Assembly (NCBI GenBank): GCA_013115125.1
Contig: JABANN010000105.1
Location: 1 to 64,000 of the forward strand
Length of the DNA stretch: 64,000 bases
Direction: 5' to 3'
DNA from: Perkinsus olseni
Taxonomy: Eukaryota
The position numbers and the translations under genes are program-made. Positions 48,587 to 59,244 of the stretch are shown piece after piece (within the stretch, counting starts at the first letter, position 1; every line of letters starts with the position of its first letter). Under the pieces are notes generated by a model. The model was given only the letters and a program-made list of their open reading frames with translations. It was not told the DNA's origin and made no database searches.

Positions 48587-49504
48587 TCAGCTGTGGGCCG
48601 GCTCGTCGGCAGCCTTTTGACGTTTGGCGGCCCGCTGCCGCCTTTTCTCCTCGATCACTTGCTGCTCATACTCAGTGGGGTGCTCATATCTGTCGAGCTT
48701 CCCTCGACCCTCGTCAGTTACAAACTTCTGACCCTTCCGCTCCGCCACCGGCATCCCAGAGGCTAGGGCGAAGTGATGGAGTACGATCGAGCCTGCTATT
48801 GCCACGTTGAGGGATGCAGTAGCCTTCGAGTATTGCTGTATATAAGTGAACTGGTCACAGGCTGCTATCTGATAGACGAAGAAAATTCCTATCAAAACGT
48901 GGACGTCTCAGAAAGAGCGTTCGGACGTTCAACGATCGTGAAGGCGCGAGTATCACTGAGCCTACCTGCTTGTCGGTCATGCCGGTGCCCTCGTTGCCCA
49001 GCATGAAGCAGGTGTCCCCACGCCACTGCATGTCCTGTACAGGCTGCGAGGATGAGTGGATCTCCACCCCACATAAGGTGATGCCTCGTTTCTGTAGCTC
49101 CTCTTTGGCTTCAGCTATCGTGTCGAAGAACTCGAAGGAGGCGTGAAGCGTCGTACCTGCTACGGCCAGTGAACCCGGCCCAACCCCGCCGAGGGAGAGC
49201 TTCTGATTTGGCGTTGAGCGCACATCATTGGTCGAAGATGTCTTCACTTCCGAATGAAACCGCACTCGCAAGATTTTCGCAAACCAAGGACCTCAGAGCC
49301 GATCGAAGGACCAGTATGACCTTGATTGCCGAAGAGGGCTAACTCCTTCATCTTCTTGGCACCAACGACGAACACCTCCGTGACTCCAAAAGCTGTAGCG
49401 GAGCGAAGCAGCTGGCCCCAATTCTGCCGCTTCCCGACGTTGCATATGAGAAGATAACTTTTCCAGGGCCGGGAAGGCGGGTCCGTCGATGCTGAGGAGG
49501 CCAT
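48587..49504 (-). CDS. SpoU/TrmH-family (SPOUT) RNA 2'-O-methyltransferase, 3 exons
   Basis: NVGKRQNWGQLLRSATAFG; FMLGNEGTGM; YIQQY..ASLNVAIAGSIVL. Confidence 0.93.
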
Positions 49505-49567
49505 CGTTGAACTGCGCTGGAAGACGGCTACTCCCCTGTGCTGCTGGTGACACAACCACTCGTCGGA

Positions 49568-51427
49568 CTAGCAACACAACACGCTGAGGGATACGAGACC
49601 ACACCAGTCATCACAATGCGGAAGGCTCATGACCACCATCCATGCTAAGGGCGCTGAGGGCAAGGCTGACCACGGGCCACAGCGGCCACGAAGAACGTAG
49701 GGAGTAGTCAAGCTGAACCGCACCAGCCGGAGACGACGAGATATCTGCCCACCACCGATTGGAAGGAGCTGGGCGAGTGTGCTACCGAAGGCGATGATCT
49801 CCTGAGCTGCACTGAGCAACGAGGCCCGATACTCCCGGCTGTCGGTGCTGACAGCCACCTGTCACCATCAGTAGCAACATGACACGATCATGCGTCACCT
49901 ACTGCGGCCAGGGCCGTGGCGAAGGGCAGAGGGTTGGCTCGAACGAAGGCATCATCGGCGGAAGCTTCGTCAGACAGCAGCTGCTGCGAGATGACGGCCA
50001 TCCCAGCGAGATCACCAGTAGTAAGAGCTCTGAGGAGAACACTCGTTGACGGAGTCGGTATGGCCGTCTCACGTGGAGAGATTGGTGTGGTAGGCCCCTA
50101 TCAAGGGATGATCAAGACCCTCCTTCGGGGTGACAGGAAGGCCTGTAGGGAGATTCCGCAGCTGCCACTGAGCCTACTACCGCATCGTCTTGGCGGAAAA
50201 TGACAGCGAGAATACTCTCACCAGGAGAGGGAAGAATGGCCAGCCGCTGGCGTGCACATCGGCCCACGTTATGTCTACGACGACCGTCATCAGAGGACTG
50301 TGGAGCTTCTCATTCGACACGACCGACTCGGAGACCTGATGGGGGCCAGTCCAACTGCGCTAGAATGACAGAGTACACTGTCAGCTCCCATTGTGTTGAC
50401 GGCCGCCACCACGCCCATTAGCTGAGTGACGAGCCGGGCCAGTCCACAATCAGCCGTAGTGGTGAGCAGATCGACCGGCAGCGTCTCGGAGACCGCCTAC
50501 ACAGTGATGCCAGCTGATCGACGCGCGGTGGTGGCCACTTGTTCCAGAACGATTAGGTCGCTATCGCCTAGTAGTTGCAGGGATGCTTCTGGGCGCATGA
50601 GCACCGAGGCGAGCAAGCGTTTGGACTCCTGCCATCGGGGACCGCAGGGGAGATCTAGTGCCTGGGATGGAGGACCTCTATTGGCCTCGCCTTTGCGCAA
50701 GTTTGCTTCACAAGTTGTGAATCACAACCATGGAGTGCGTGGAAATATTTTGTAAGACAGTCTGCGACGAAAGCAACCACACACGCAAGAATGAGGCATG
50801 ATAACCTCATTCTTGCATGTGGCATTTTGCCGCTCTTAGGCTCCAGAAATAAAACGACGCTTTTACCTCAGACGGTTGTGGCCCAGCTCCGCCATCGTCA
50901 GTTGATTCTACCACTGGTGGCGGCGGTGGTGGTGGTGTAGCTTCAACCGCTGCGACAGGCATCTGCTGGGCTGACCTGCAATGAGCAAGTGCCTCAACCA
51001 ATACGTTACGCTCCCGAGGCACACTTAGTGTCATTTTCAGAAGGGCTCCAGATAGCCCAGTCCTCTCGAAGCTGCTTGATGTCACTGACAACATACCGTT
51101 AACAGCAGAGATGGTGAGCCACCATACGTGTCGGAGCCGCCCTCCACTGTGGTTCGAGACCCACTGCCAGACACAGTGCGGACGCCATCTACGTTGACCT
51201 CAGCGTAGCTGGCGCTGACAGTTTCTTGATGAACATGCCACCTGAGCCCGGCCTGGTGCAGCTTTCGCGCAGTCAACTCACTCGTTAGCCTTCCTATCTG
51301 CTCCATCGACAGTCGAGGCAGCATCTGGTGGAGAGCTGACCACCCCTGTAGCCCTCGCGATACGTGTCAGCCAGTCGCTCTTGGCCGAGGCTGTAGTGGC
51401 TAGAGAGAAGACGACGAGGAATCTCAT
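49568..51427 (-). CDS. Hypothetical multi-exon protein with a predicted signal peptide
   Basis: MRFLVVFSLATTASA.. followed by exons with minus-strand GT-AG introns; the structure is only partly resolved. Confidence 0.45.
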
Positions 51428-51549
51428 GGGAGGAACTTGAAGAAAATAACTAACCGCCCCCGTCTCCTGCCAACCCAGCGCTAAGTGGTCAATCAGAAAA
51501 GCAATAGTACGGTGACAGCAGTTAGAAGAGAGAGAGAACGAGGGAGGTG

Positions 51550-52920
51550 TCAGTCGGGTGGGTGTTCAGCCGAAAATACATGGGTGAATGTGAGGACACC
51601 GAGCACTATAACGAATGCCAAATAGCATGAAAACATCACAACAGCTCCGGTACGAGTAATGTAGGCCTTCGGGTACCGCTTGACCAGAGCGACACCCACA
51701 GTGAGAAGAAGCAGACCGAAGACGGACATCATGATGACGATGGAAGTGTCGAAGAGGAAGGAGCCTCTCACATCCACTGGTATAGAGCCGCCAGCAAGGC
51801 AGGCTAGTGTCCATGGCAGACCTAGGCCGACACAGATGTTGATGATCTGGGAGCCCATGCACGCTGATGCCGCCATCGAGCCGTAGCCACGACTGGCAAC
51901 AGTTATGGCATTCACTGTGTCGGGTATCTCAGCCCCAATGGCGACCAATATGAGGCCGAAGTAGCCCATGCTGGACGGCTGGCCAAGTAGCGTCACCCAA
52001 CGGTCTACCACCGTCCCGAGCACGAAGGATGCTACGGTGATCCACAGGAATGCAGCCACGAAGGTTATGGGGTAGAGGTCCTCTCGAGGCTGGTATATTC
52101 GACAGTCAGGACAGGTCGCGTCCACGGCCCGCTTCAAAGGGGCCATCAGTGCTACCACCACGGTCTTCGGAGAGGGTACGCGCTTCTTACGTGGACGATT
52201 GCCCTGCTGCTGTTGAAGCAAGGGCTGCGTCCGTTGGGAGTCGTACCGCTCACGGAAGATCGAAGTGGACTCCTTCGCAAAGAGCTCTCTGGGGTTGGTG
52301 CCGTGACTGAGCTTCCATTGCTTGTACCAAGCATTGACCTTCCGTGCATAGCATAGGACCAGCACGTAGACAACGTAGGTGAGAAGCTCGAAGGCGGCCA
52401 GTGCCAGGTCAACCCCTCTTCTCAGTGCCCACATTAATATGCCCAAGGCAATCATATAAAAGCAAATGTCCCGGGCGAGGGGACGGCGCTTGAGAGCGAG
52501 GGGCCTTCCATCTACCATTACGAGTGTGCACATGGCGGGGATGGCCAGGAAGGCGATGAGGCCGCTGCCAAGAATCGCTCCAACGCCCAGCTCTGCTTCT
52601 GTTACATCTTCAGGGTGGTCTGTTCGAGACTGTTTGAGTAGGGACCTGACGGTCGCCACGGAGTTGACGGTGATTTCCGGCACCGCTCCGCCTAGGGCCA
52701 TGAAGGTGGCACCTCCGACATCCTCAGGAACATCCCAGTGATCGCAAAGTGTCTCCATCGAGTTGCATAGATGGTCAGCGGCAAAGGACAGGATACCAAA
52801 ACAGTAGAGGAGGATGACCAGTTCGAGCACTATGCCGTACCAAGCATGGTCCACGCTGTCCAGACACATGCTCTCCTCGAAGTGTGATAGGGTACATGCT
52901 GCTCTGCCTTCATTAAACAT
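51550..52920 (-). CDS. Ca2+/cation antiporter (NCKX-like), intronless
   Basis: alpha-1 GATFMALGGAVPEI, GVGAILGS; alpha-2 GLILVAIGAEIPDT..GSQIINICVGLGLPW; multiple TM segments. Start taken at MFNEG. Confidence 0.92.
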   Translation of the reverse strand: MFNEGRAACTLSHFEESMCLDSVDHAWYGIVLELVILLYCFGILSFAADHLCNSMETLCDHWDVPEDVGGATFMALGGAVPEITVNSVATVRSLLKQSRTDHPEDVTEAELGVGAILGSGLIAFLAIPAMCTLVMVDGRPLALKRRPLARDICFYMIALGILMWALRRGVDLALAAFELLTYVVYVLVLCYARKVNAWYKQWKLSHGTNPRELFAKESTSIFRERYDSQRTQPLLQQQQGNRPRKKRVPSPKTVVVALMAPLKRAVDATCPDCRIYQPREDLYPITFVAAFLWITVASFVLGTVVDRWVTLLGQPSSMGYFGLILVAIGAEIPDTVNAITVASRGYGSMAASACMGSQIINICVGLGLPWTLACLAGGSIPVDVRGSFLFDTSIVIMMSVFGLLLLTVGVALVKRYPKAYITRTGAVVMFSCYLAFVIVLGVLTFTHVFSAEHPPD

Positions 52921-53080
52921 GCTCCAGCGTCCATGGCAGAAGGAATGACGGAATATGAGATTCTTGTGAACTTGCGAACACTTGCTTTTCCTTAACTTCA
53001 AGATACCTCTTGAGAGACATTGAAAATTGCCAACTCTGGTCATGCTGCTCTATCAGTCTTTCTTTTTATACCCATCATCT

Positions 53081-54166
53081 ATGTGTACTCCGCAGCACCT
53101 GAACGAAGCCTTGTTATTGGCCTGCAACACTTACCACGAGCAGCTCCAGGATGAGCGTCGCCGGACTCGTGAGCTTGAGCAGCAGAATCACCAATTGAAG
53201 CGCCTCCTCACCGAGTACCATCTCGTTCAGTCAGAGGGCTATGGTGGGTCTTCCCGAGTGCTGCTGTCGTGCAAGCGTGTGATCTCTCAGATTCTTGCAC
53301 TCCAGAACGACATAACAGTGCGCCATTATTGACGCCGCCGACCACTTCCGATACCACTCCAATCGTTGGAGGTGGCTATTGTCTTCCCGACCTTCTGAAG
53401 CAGCTAGATCAAGAAACCGAGGCATGCATCTTTATCGTGAGGAAGATCCATAAGCTGCGGTGAGTGCATCCTCCGGAAACATTTCTCCGACTGATCATTT
53501 CGCCAGGTTCCAGTCAGCGAGCATTTTGGAGCAGTACTTCTCTGGTTTCGGCGACGTGAAGAAGGTCCTACTACTGCCGTGGAGGCGCCAAAAATCCCTT
53601 GGCTCTCACCCTGGCAAGGCTCGGTAAGCAACACGCATGCCACGCCCTTCGCAATTCGTCGTTGTCAGCCCTGCTTCGATGGGGTTCGTTGTAATGAAGT
53701 CGCCTCTGGCCGTATCGAATATTCTCGCGTTGCCACAGCACACTGTGGCCGGCTGGCCCATAAGCGTTCAAGTGTTCGAGCGGCAGGCGGATAAGTCCGG
53801 TGGGGGTAGGCGGCGACTGGTCGTTGCTGTTTGTACGTCGTCTGTTCAGATTCACGAAGGTCCAGTGTTACCTCCGATTTCCTCACTTACGAATGGTCTT
53901 CCCCAGCGAGCACTGCTGCTACTCCTGCTGTCGACCGCGCCTCTTTCATGCTCGAGAGTAGCAATCCCCTCGACGGAGATTGCTCGGCGGCGCTCTTCGC
54001 TGCCGAATCAGTGCTCAGAGGCCTGACAGACGACCTTTCCGGTCCAGGCGGCTCTGACCGAGTGGCTGATTGCAAGGAATTCGTACCCTCAGTGGACGCT
54101 TCCTCGGCACTCCCCACCACTTTTATATCACAACCGGTGAATCCGGACCATATGCCGCACTTATAA
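53081..54166 (+). CDS. Coiled-coil + divergent RRM-like protein, multi-exon
   Basis: Spliced CIFIVRKIHKLR/FQSASILEQYFSGFGDVKKVLLL..ASMGFVVMKSPLAVSNILA..TVAGWPISVQVF has RRM-like topology. Confidence 0.7.
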
Positions 54167-54896
54167 TGCATATGTTATTTATAAGGGCTCCGATTACTGC
54201 AAAGTCAAGTAGTTGGTGTTCTCTCGTCGGTTCATATACGCGGCTGTAGCTGTGCATGTCATATCAAGGGGATGCCCCCGTGACTGTATAAACGTTTTTT
54301 TTGTTTACTGAGCGAATCTCGCTGTCATCGATTTATCCCATATATCAAAATGCTCCCAACCGGGTTGGATCCCGGCGTCCATGGTCCTCAAGCATCGCAC
54401 GCTTTCCTCTGCAGGGGAAGAAAGCGTTTCCACATTTTGTTTGTGTTGGGTTGGCTCAGTGGATACTACGTCTTTCTGCTACGATTAATTTCAGCCCCCG
54501 GGCGAGGTTTTGAAAGCTTGAGACAGACTCTACATATCCTATCCCTCATGGGTTCTCCTGTAGTAACTGCTCAACCCCATGGTCTCTTTACTAGACAAGT
54601 ATTCTAGTCTGTCTCCTGATTGGGAAGCCCGGCAACAACTAAGGTAGACATAACTAATCTGGGCCACTTGGCCTGTCTCATGCCAGCACTTCAGTCTCTA
54701 CCATACCAATAAACAATAAGTGATAATCAAGAAATACGTGGTCAAACAGAGCTTGAATGAAAAGATAGAAAATGACTTGTAAATGATGAGGCATCACAAT
54801 ATGCGGATAACGAAAGGAGATCTCCAGCTGAGCAAGACATGAGCTAGCATCCATCCATGTGACGAACTACTGACGAGGTTGTCCTGTCTCAGAAGG

Positions 54897-55298
54897 CTAA
54901 ACCATCGGAGGGAATGGCAGGGGGAATACCGACAGAATAATCTGATGACCATGGTATAGTATAGTAAAGGTGTCGTCAGCGCGACAGTAGGGGATTTTCT
55001 TCCAGTCCTCGACATTGAGGTCGTACTTCTCCGCAAAAGCCTTGAAGTTTTCATCAGTTGTCTTCAGCTCCAATACAGATTCATCCGGGTTCACATTCCA
55101 AGGAATGTCACCGGTGACGTCAACTATGAGGGGGAAGTCATTGGGATTTATGATGAAGATATTGACGATGTTCGGGGGCTTGAACGACCACGTGCTCTTG
55201 AAGAATTCGTTGTCCGAGTTGAAGTATATCCTATTCGGCGGGAAGGCGGCCACCCTCTGAAGAATGGCGATCACCAACAGAATGAGGGAGCGACTCAT
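54897..55298 (-). CDS. Small secreted protein, tandem family member 1
   Basis: MSRSLILLVIAILQRVAA-FPPN..IPW..ENFKAFAEKYDLNVEDWKKIPY..TFTILYHG. Confidence 0.8.
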   Translation of the reverse strand: MSRSLILLVIAILQRVAAFPPNRIYFNSDNEFFKSTWSFKPPNIVNIFIINPNDFPLIVDVTGDIPWNVNPDESVLELKTTDENFKAFAEKYDLNVEDWKKIPYCRADDTFTILYHGHQIILSVFPLPFPPMV

Positions 55299-56544
55299 GC
55301 GAAGTGGTACACTGCATAACGGTCTTATCAACAACAAGCATCACTGCATCGGCAAAAACCCAACTCGAACTTCCCAGAACGCATAGACGGTATCTGGCAG
55401 ATTTTATCTGCGGCTCTTCGTATGCGTGCTGGTGACAGGGAACGCCCTCGTCCCCAGCGAAAGTAGCGCATTCCATGCTTCAAATCTGCAGATTCGAGGA
55501 TTCTGATCGATCGTCCCCCAAGCATGTGCCTCCCGCGAGACTCTGGGACGGGGCGGCAGTTTCGCTACTGCAGAGGGCATGACTTACATGATCGAGGGGG
55601 TTGACCCCTTTCGCTGTGTCCGGCGAAAGCTGTCTACCAAGGATACAGCGAAGCTAGAAGCATGGGCTTGATGGTCTGGGGCGCATCGGCCTTCTAGTTT
55701 TCTGAATTGCGAGTATCCTGAGGACTCGGAAGTTTCGAGGATCAGCTTTTCGTAACCTTGTTTTCGAACTGAGGGAAGGGGTTCCACACTGCGATGGCTA
55801 ATGCGTCGCGCCCTTCTCGCTCGACAGGCGCACAGTGGCGCTGCCCAGGGGATTCCCCTGAGGGGAATGCTAAACGCCCTGTTCCTGGTTCGTCGAACGA
55901 AGGCGGGTTCATTACGCCGCCTGAACTCCAGGAAGCTCTTGTTGAACTACCTCGAGTCGCAATTGAATCGAGTGTGATAACTGGATCGCCACGGGGTCGT
56001 TATCAAATTCGCTACTCGTTTTCGCGTCGCCTAGCTAGCCACGAGAGATTCCGCGCGAGTGGTGATACGGTATGATGTCTGATCGCCACCCTTGGAATGC
56101 ACATGGTATGATGAGACCTCAGCATCGGAGCCTTCGACAGCCTCGCATCCCGAAAAGGCCTCTCGCATTTGCTGAACCTAATCGGAACAGACAGTCTTTC
56201 AGATGTATGCGTGGATTGGAGTCACCCGATGGGGCTCCATTCGAGTGAAATTACGGCGAAAGGGACTGCACTAGCCTCGCAGCCGGGGCTCGCGGAGGAG
56301 TGAGAGGTTCTCAAACTCGAAGGACATATTCCACTACTCCGAAACTGCTCCAGCAGTGCCAACGCAAGCACACGTCGCTCAACCCGGCTCGATTCGAGCT
56401 CTCGAGGTATGGTGTGAGCAAAAAATGGTAGCAGAGAAAGAATCTAAATACCTCTGCTTCTTGCTTATATTTTTCCGAGTAGACATTAATCTCGTCCGGA
56501 GTGCGGACAGGCTGCCCGGGACAACCTCGCTCGTCTGCTTGAGG

Positions 56545-56946
56545 TTACCGCGACGGAATTGGCCCGGTATATGGCGCAAGAACGATAAGATGACCATGGA
56601 ATCGTATAGTGAAGGTGTTGTCATCAACATTGAAGGGGATGTTCTTCCAGTCCTCGACATTGAGGTGGTACTTCTCCACGAAAGCCTTGAAGCTTATATC
56701 AGTTGTCTTCAGCTCCAGTACATACTCATCGGGGCTCACATTCCAGGGAATGTTACCCGTGGTGTCGGTTACGCAAGGGAAGCGCTTGCAATATATAATA
56801 ATGAAGATATTGACAACATTCGGGGGCCCGAAAGACCACACGCTCTTGAAGAACTCATTGTCCACGTTCAAGTATGTCTTATTCGGGGGAAAGGCGGCCA
56901 CCCTCCGAAGAGCGGCGATCACCAATAGAATGAGGAAGCGAGACAT
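56545..56946 (-). CDS. Small secreted protein, tandem family member 2
   Basis: MSRFLILLVIAALRRVAA-FPPN..IPW..FKAFVEKYHLNVEDWKNIPF. Confidence 0.8.
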   Translation of the reverse strand: MSRFLILLVIAALRRVAAFPPNKTYLNVDNEFFKSVWSFGPPNVVNIFIIIYCKRFPCVTDTTGNIPWNVSPDEYVLELKTTDISFKAFVEKYHLNVEDWKNIPFNVDDNTFTIRFHGHLIVLAPYTGPIPSR

Positions 56947-56994
56947 ACGAAGGGGTACACTGCATTGCGGCTTGATCAACGAGCAAGCATTTCT

Positions 56995-57106
56995 GGGGGT
57001 GGTCAATAGACCTCCCCTGAATTCCAGAAGCGCTCCCAGGATTGAATTTAACGTGCGGAAGACGATTCTGGGAGCACTCCTGAATCCAGGTCTATTGAAC
57101 ACCCGG
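56995..57106. mobile_element. 112-bp MITE of the GGGGTGTTCAATAG family
   Basis: GGGGGTGGTCAATAGACCT...AGGTCTATTGAACACCCGG; absent from the paralogous site near 55336 (AAGCATCACTGCATC); flanks TCT / ACT. Confidence 0.8.
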
Positions 57107-57771
57107 ACTGCATCAGCAAAATACCCAACTTGAGCCCCCCAGCACGCTTGAACGGTATCTGCAGATCTTCGTATGCGCCTTCTGGCCCCGTCGAGAGCAG
57201 CAGATTCCATACTCCGAACCTGCAGGTTCGAGACTTCTGATAGATTTTCCTCCAAGCATGTGCCTCCCACGAGGTCGTGGATCTGGGCGACGGTCTTGCT
57301 ATCACTGCAATAGTATTGCAGAGAGCATGACTTGTTTGGCCGAATGAGTTGATTCTTCTCTTTGTGTCTGGCAGAAACTGTCTACCGTGGGTACAGCGGC
57401 GCTACCAGCTAGAATCACGGACGGCTTGATGGTTCATGACGCATAGGGCTTCTCATTTTCGGAGTGCGAGTATCTTGACGACTCGCAAGTTGCGAGGTTC
57501 AACTTCCTATAATTTCGTTTTCGAACTGCCGGGAGTGGTTCGGAACCACTGGTTCCACACTGCGATGGCTGTCGGGTCGCGCCCCTCTTGGAGTAGCGCT
57601 GTCCAGGGGAATGCTGCACGCCCTGTTTCTGGCTCTTTGAACGAAGCCGAGTTCATTAGTGATGCTTCGGAAACTTTCCGTGGTTTCGGGAGTACTTTCC
57701 ATACACCCTGGATTCATTACGCCGCTGAACTCGAGGGAGCTTCCCTAGAGCTACCGGACGTCGGAATCGAA

Positions 57772-58236
57772 TCGCGTTTATCTCAGGCGTCTCTGCGGAG
57801 GAGAGAAGTCATTCCGGCAGTTAGTGCTATTGTATTTTGCAGAGCTATTACCCCTGCACACCGCTTCCGATGCGGCTTGAGTACCTCTTCGGAGTGTGGC
57901 TGCGGCGCGCCGGTTAGAGATTTCCGTCGCGACCTGCTGTCGTGTGCGTTCTTGATACCTGCGCGGGAGGCGGTGGCTGGGGGAGTGCCCTACCATCTCT
58001 ATGAGATGGCGACGGATCTGACGCGTCGCAGGTCATTCAATCGTCCTTCAAAACTCTCTAAAAACCTCAGAAGACCGCTGTTGTGTAGAATTGGCGCGAC
58101 ATACAACACGGTGTATGAGGAGATCTTCCATCACCAGGCGTCTAACTCGGCAAGAGTCTAACGAAGCCGGACCCGGCGTTGGACTATGAACTCACACACA
58201 CCAGCCGTGGCGGCTGGTGTGACCGCTCGTGACGGC
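57772..58236 (+). mobile_element. 5'-truncated non-LTR retrotransposon-like fragment with a 13-bp TSD
   Basis: CGTCGGAATCGAA at 57759-57771 and 58237-58249; absent from the paralogous segment near 55960; encodes HRFRCGLSTSSECGCGAPVRDFRRDLLSC, resembling the C-terminal Zn motif of LINE ORF2. Confidence 0.75.
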
Positions 58237-58848
58237 CGTCGGAATCGAAATGCTTATGATAAGTGGATCGTCATTGGCTCGCTATCAACTTCGCTACGCA
58301 TGGCCGCGAGCCCACCGCTGCTTGATAGCCTAAGCTATGCGCAGCTCTCCTCTTGAGGCAGAGGTGAGCGTCGCGCTACGATATTAAGTCTGATCGCCAC
58401 CTCGGAAGGCGCATGGTCTAAAGGGAATTCAGTCGAAGTCCTCGAAAGTCTCGCATCCCGAAGAGGCCACTCGCTCTAGCAAAACCTGGTCGAAACAGAC
58501 ATCGTCTTTCATATAGAGAGTGCGTAGGATAGAGTCACTCGATCGGGTTCCATTCGAGTGTAGTTTTCATACCGCGAGGGGAACTCCACTAGCCTCGCAA
58601 GCGGGGCTCGCGGAGGAGTCAAGGCTTATAAACCTCGAATAACATACTCAGCTGATCCGCAATTGCTACAGCACTGCCAACGCAAGCACACATCGCTCAA
58701 CTGGGCTCGATTGGACTTCTCGAAATATGGTGCGAGCAAAAAAGGGTAGCATACAATGAATCTGAATACCCCGGCTTCTTGCTGATGTTCTTCCCAGTGG
58801 GCGTTCGTCTCGTCGGGAGTACTCACGGCCTCGTTCATCTCTACGGGG

Positions 58849-59244
58849 CTACGGCGGAAAGGGTTCGGTAGACGGCCTGAGATCGATTTGTTCACCATGG
58901 TATGGTATAGTAAAGGTATCGTCGAAGGGGTTGTAGGGGATGTTCTCCCAGTCCTCGACCTTGAGGTCGAACTTCTTCGCGAAAGCTTTGAAGTTCTCAT
59001 CAGATGTGTCGAGGTTCAACAGAATTCCGCAATGGTCCACCTTCCAAGGAATGGGGCCGCAGGAGTAGATTGGGAACGGGAATCGACTTTCTGGGGTGAT
59101 CGTGAACGTGGCGATAGTACCATCAGAAAAGAAGTACCACGCAGTCCTGAACTCACGGGCCTTGCTGACGTATAGCTTATTGGGGGGAAAGGCCGCCACC
59201 TCATACAAGAAGGCCAGCAGCAACGAAGTGACAAGGTGACACAT
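58849..59244 (-). CDS. Small secreted protein, tandem family member 3
   Basis: MCHLVTSLLLAFLYEVAA-FPPN..IPW..ENFKAFAKKFDLKVEDWENIPY. Confidence 0.8.
   Translation of the reverse strand: MCHLVTSLLLAFLYEVAAFPPNKLYVSKAREFRTAWYFFSDGTIATFTITPESRFPFPIYSCGPIPWKVDHCGILLNLDTSDENFKAFAKKFDLKVEDWENIPYNPFDDTFTIPYHGEQIDLRPSTEPFPP

Noticed and set aside
49916..50203. Plus-strand ORF with EIGVVGPYQGMI, resembling an SF1 helicase motif
   Set aside because: No other helicase motifs nearby; splice signals support a minus-strand gene, so this is likely an antisense coincidence.
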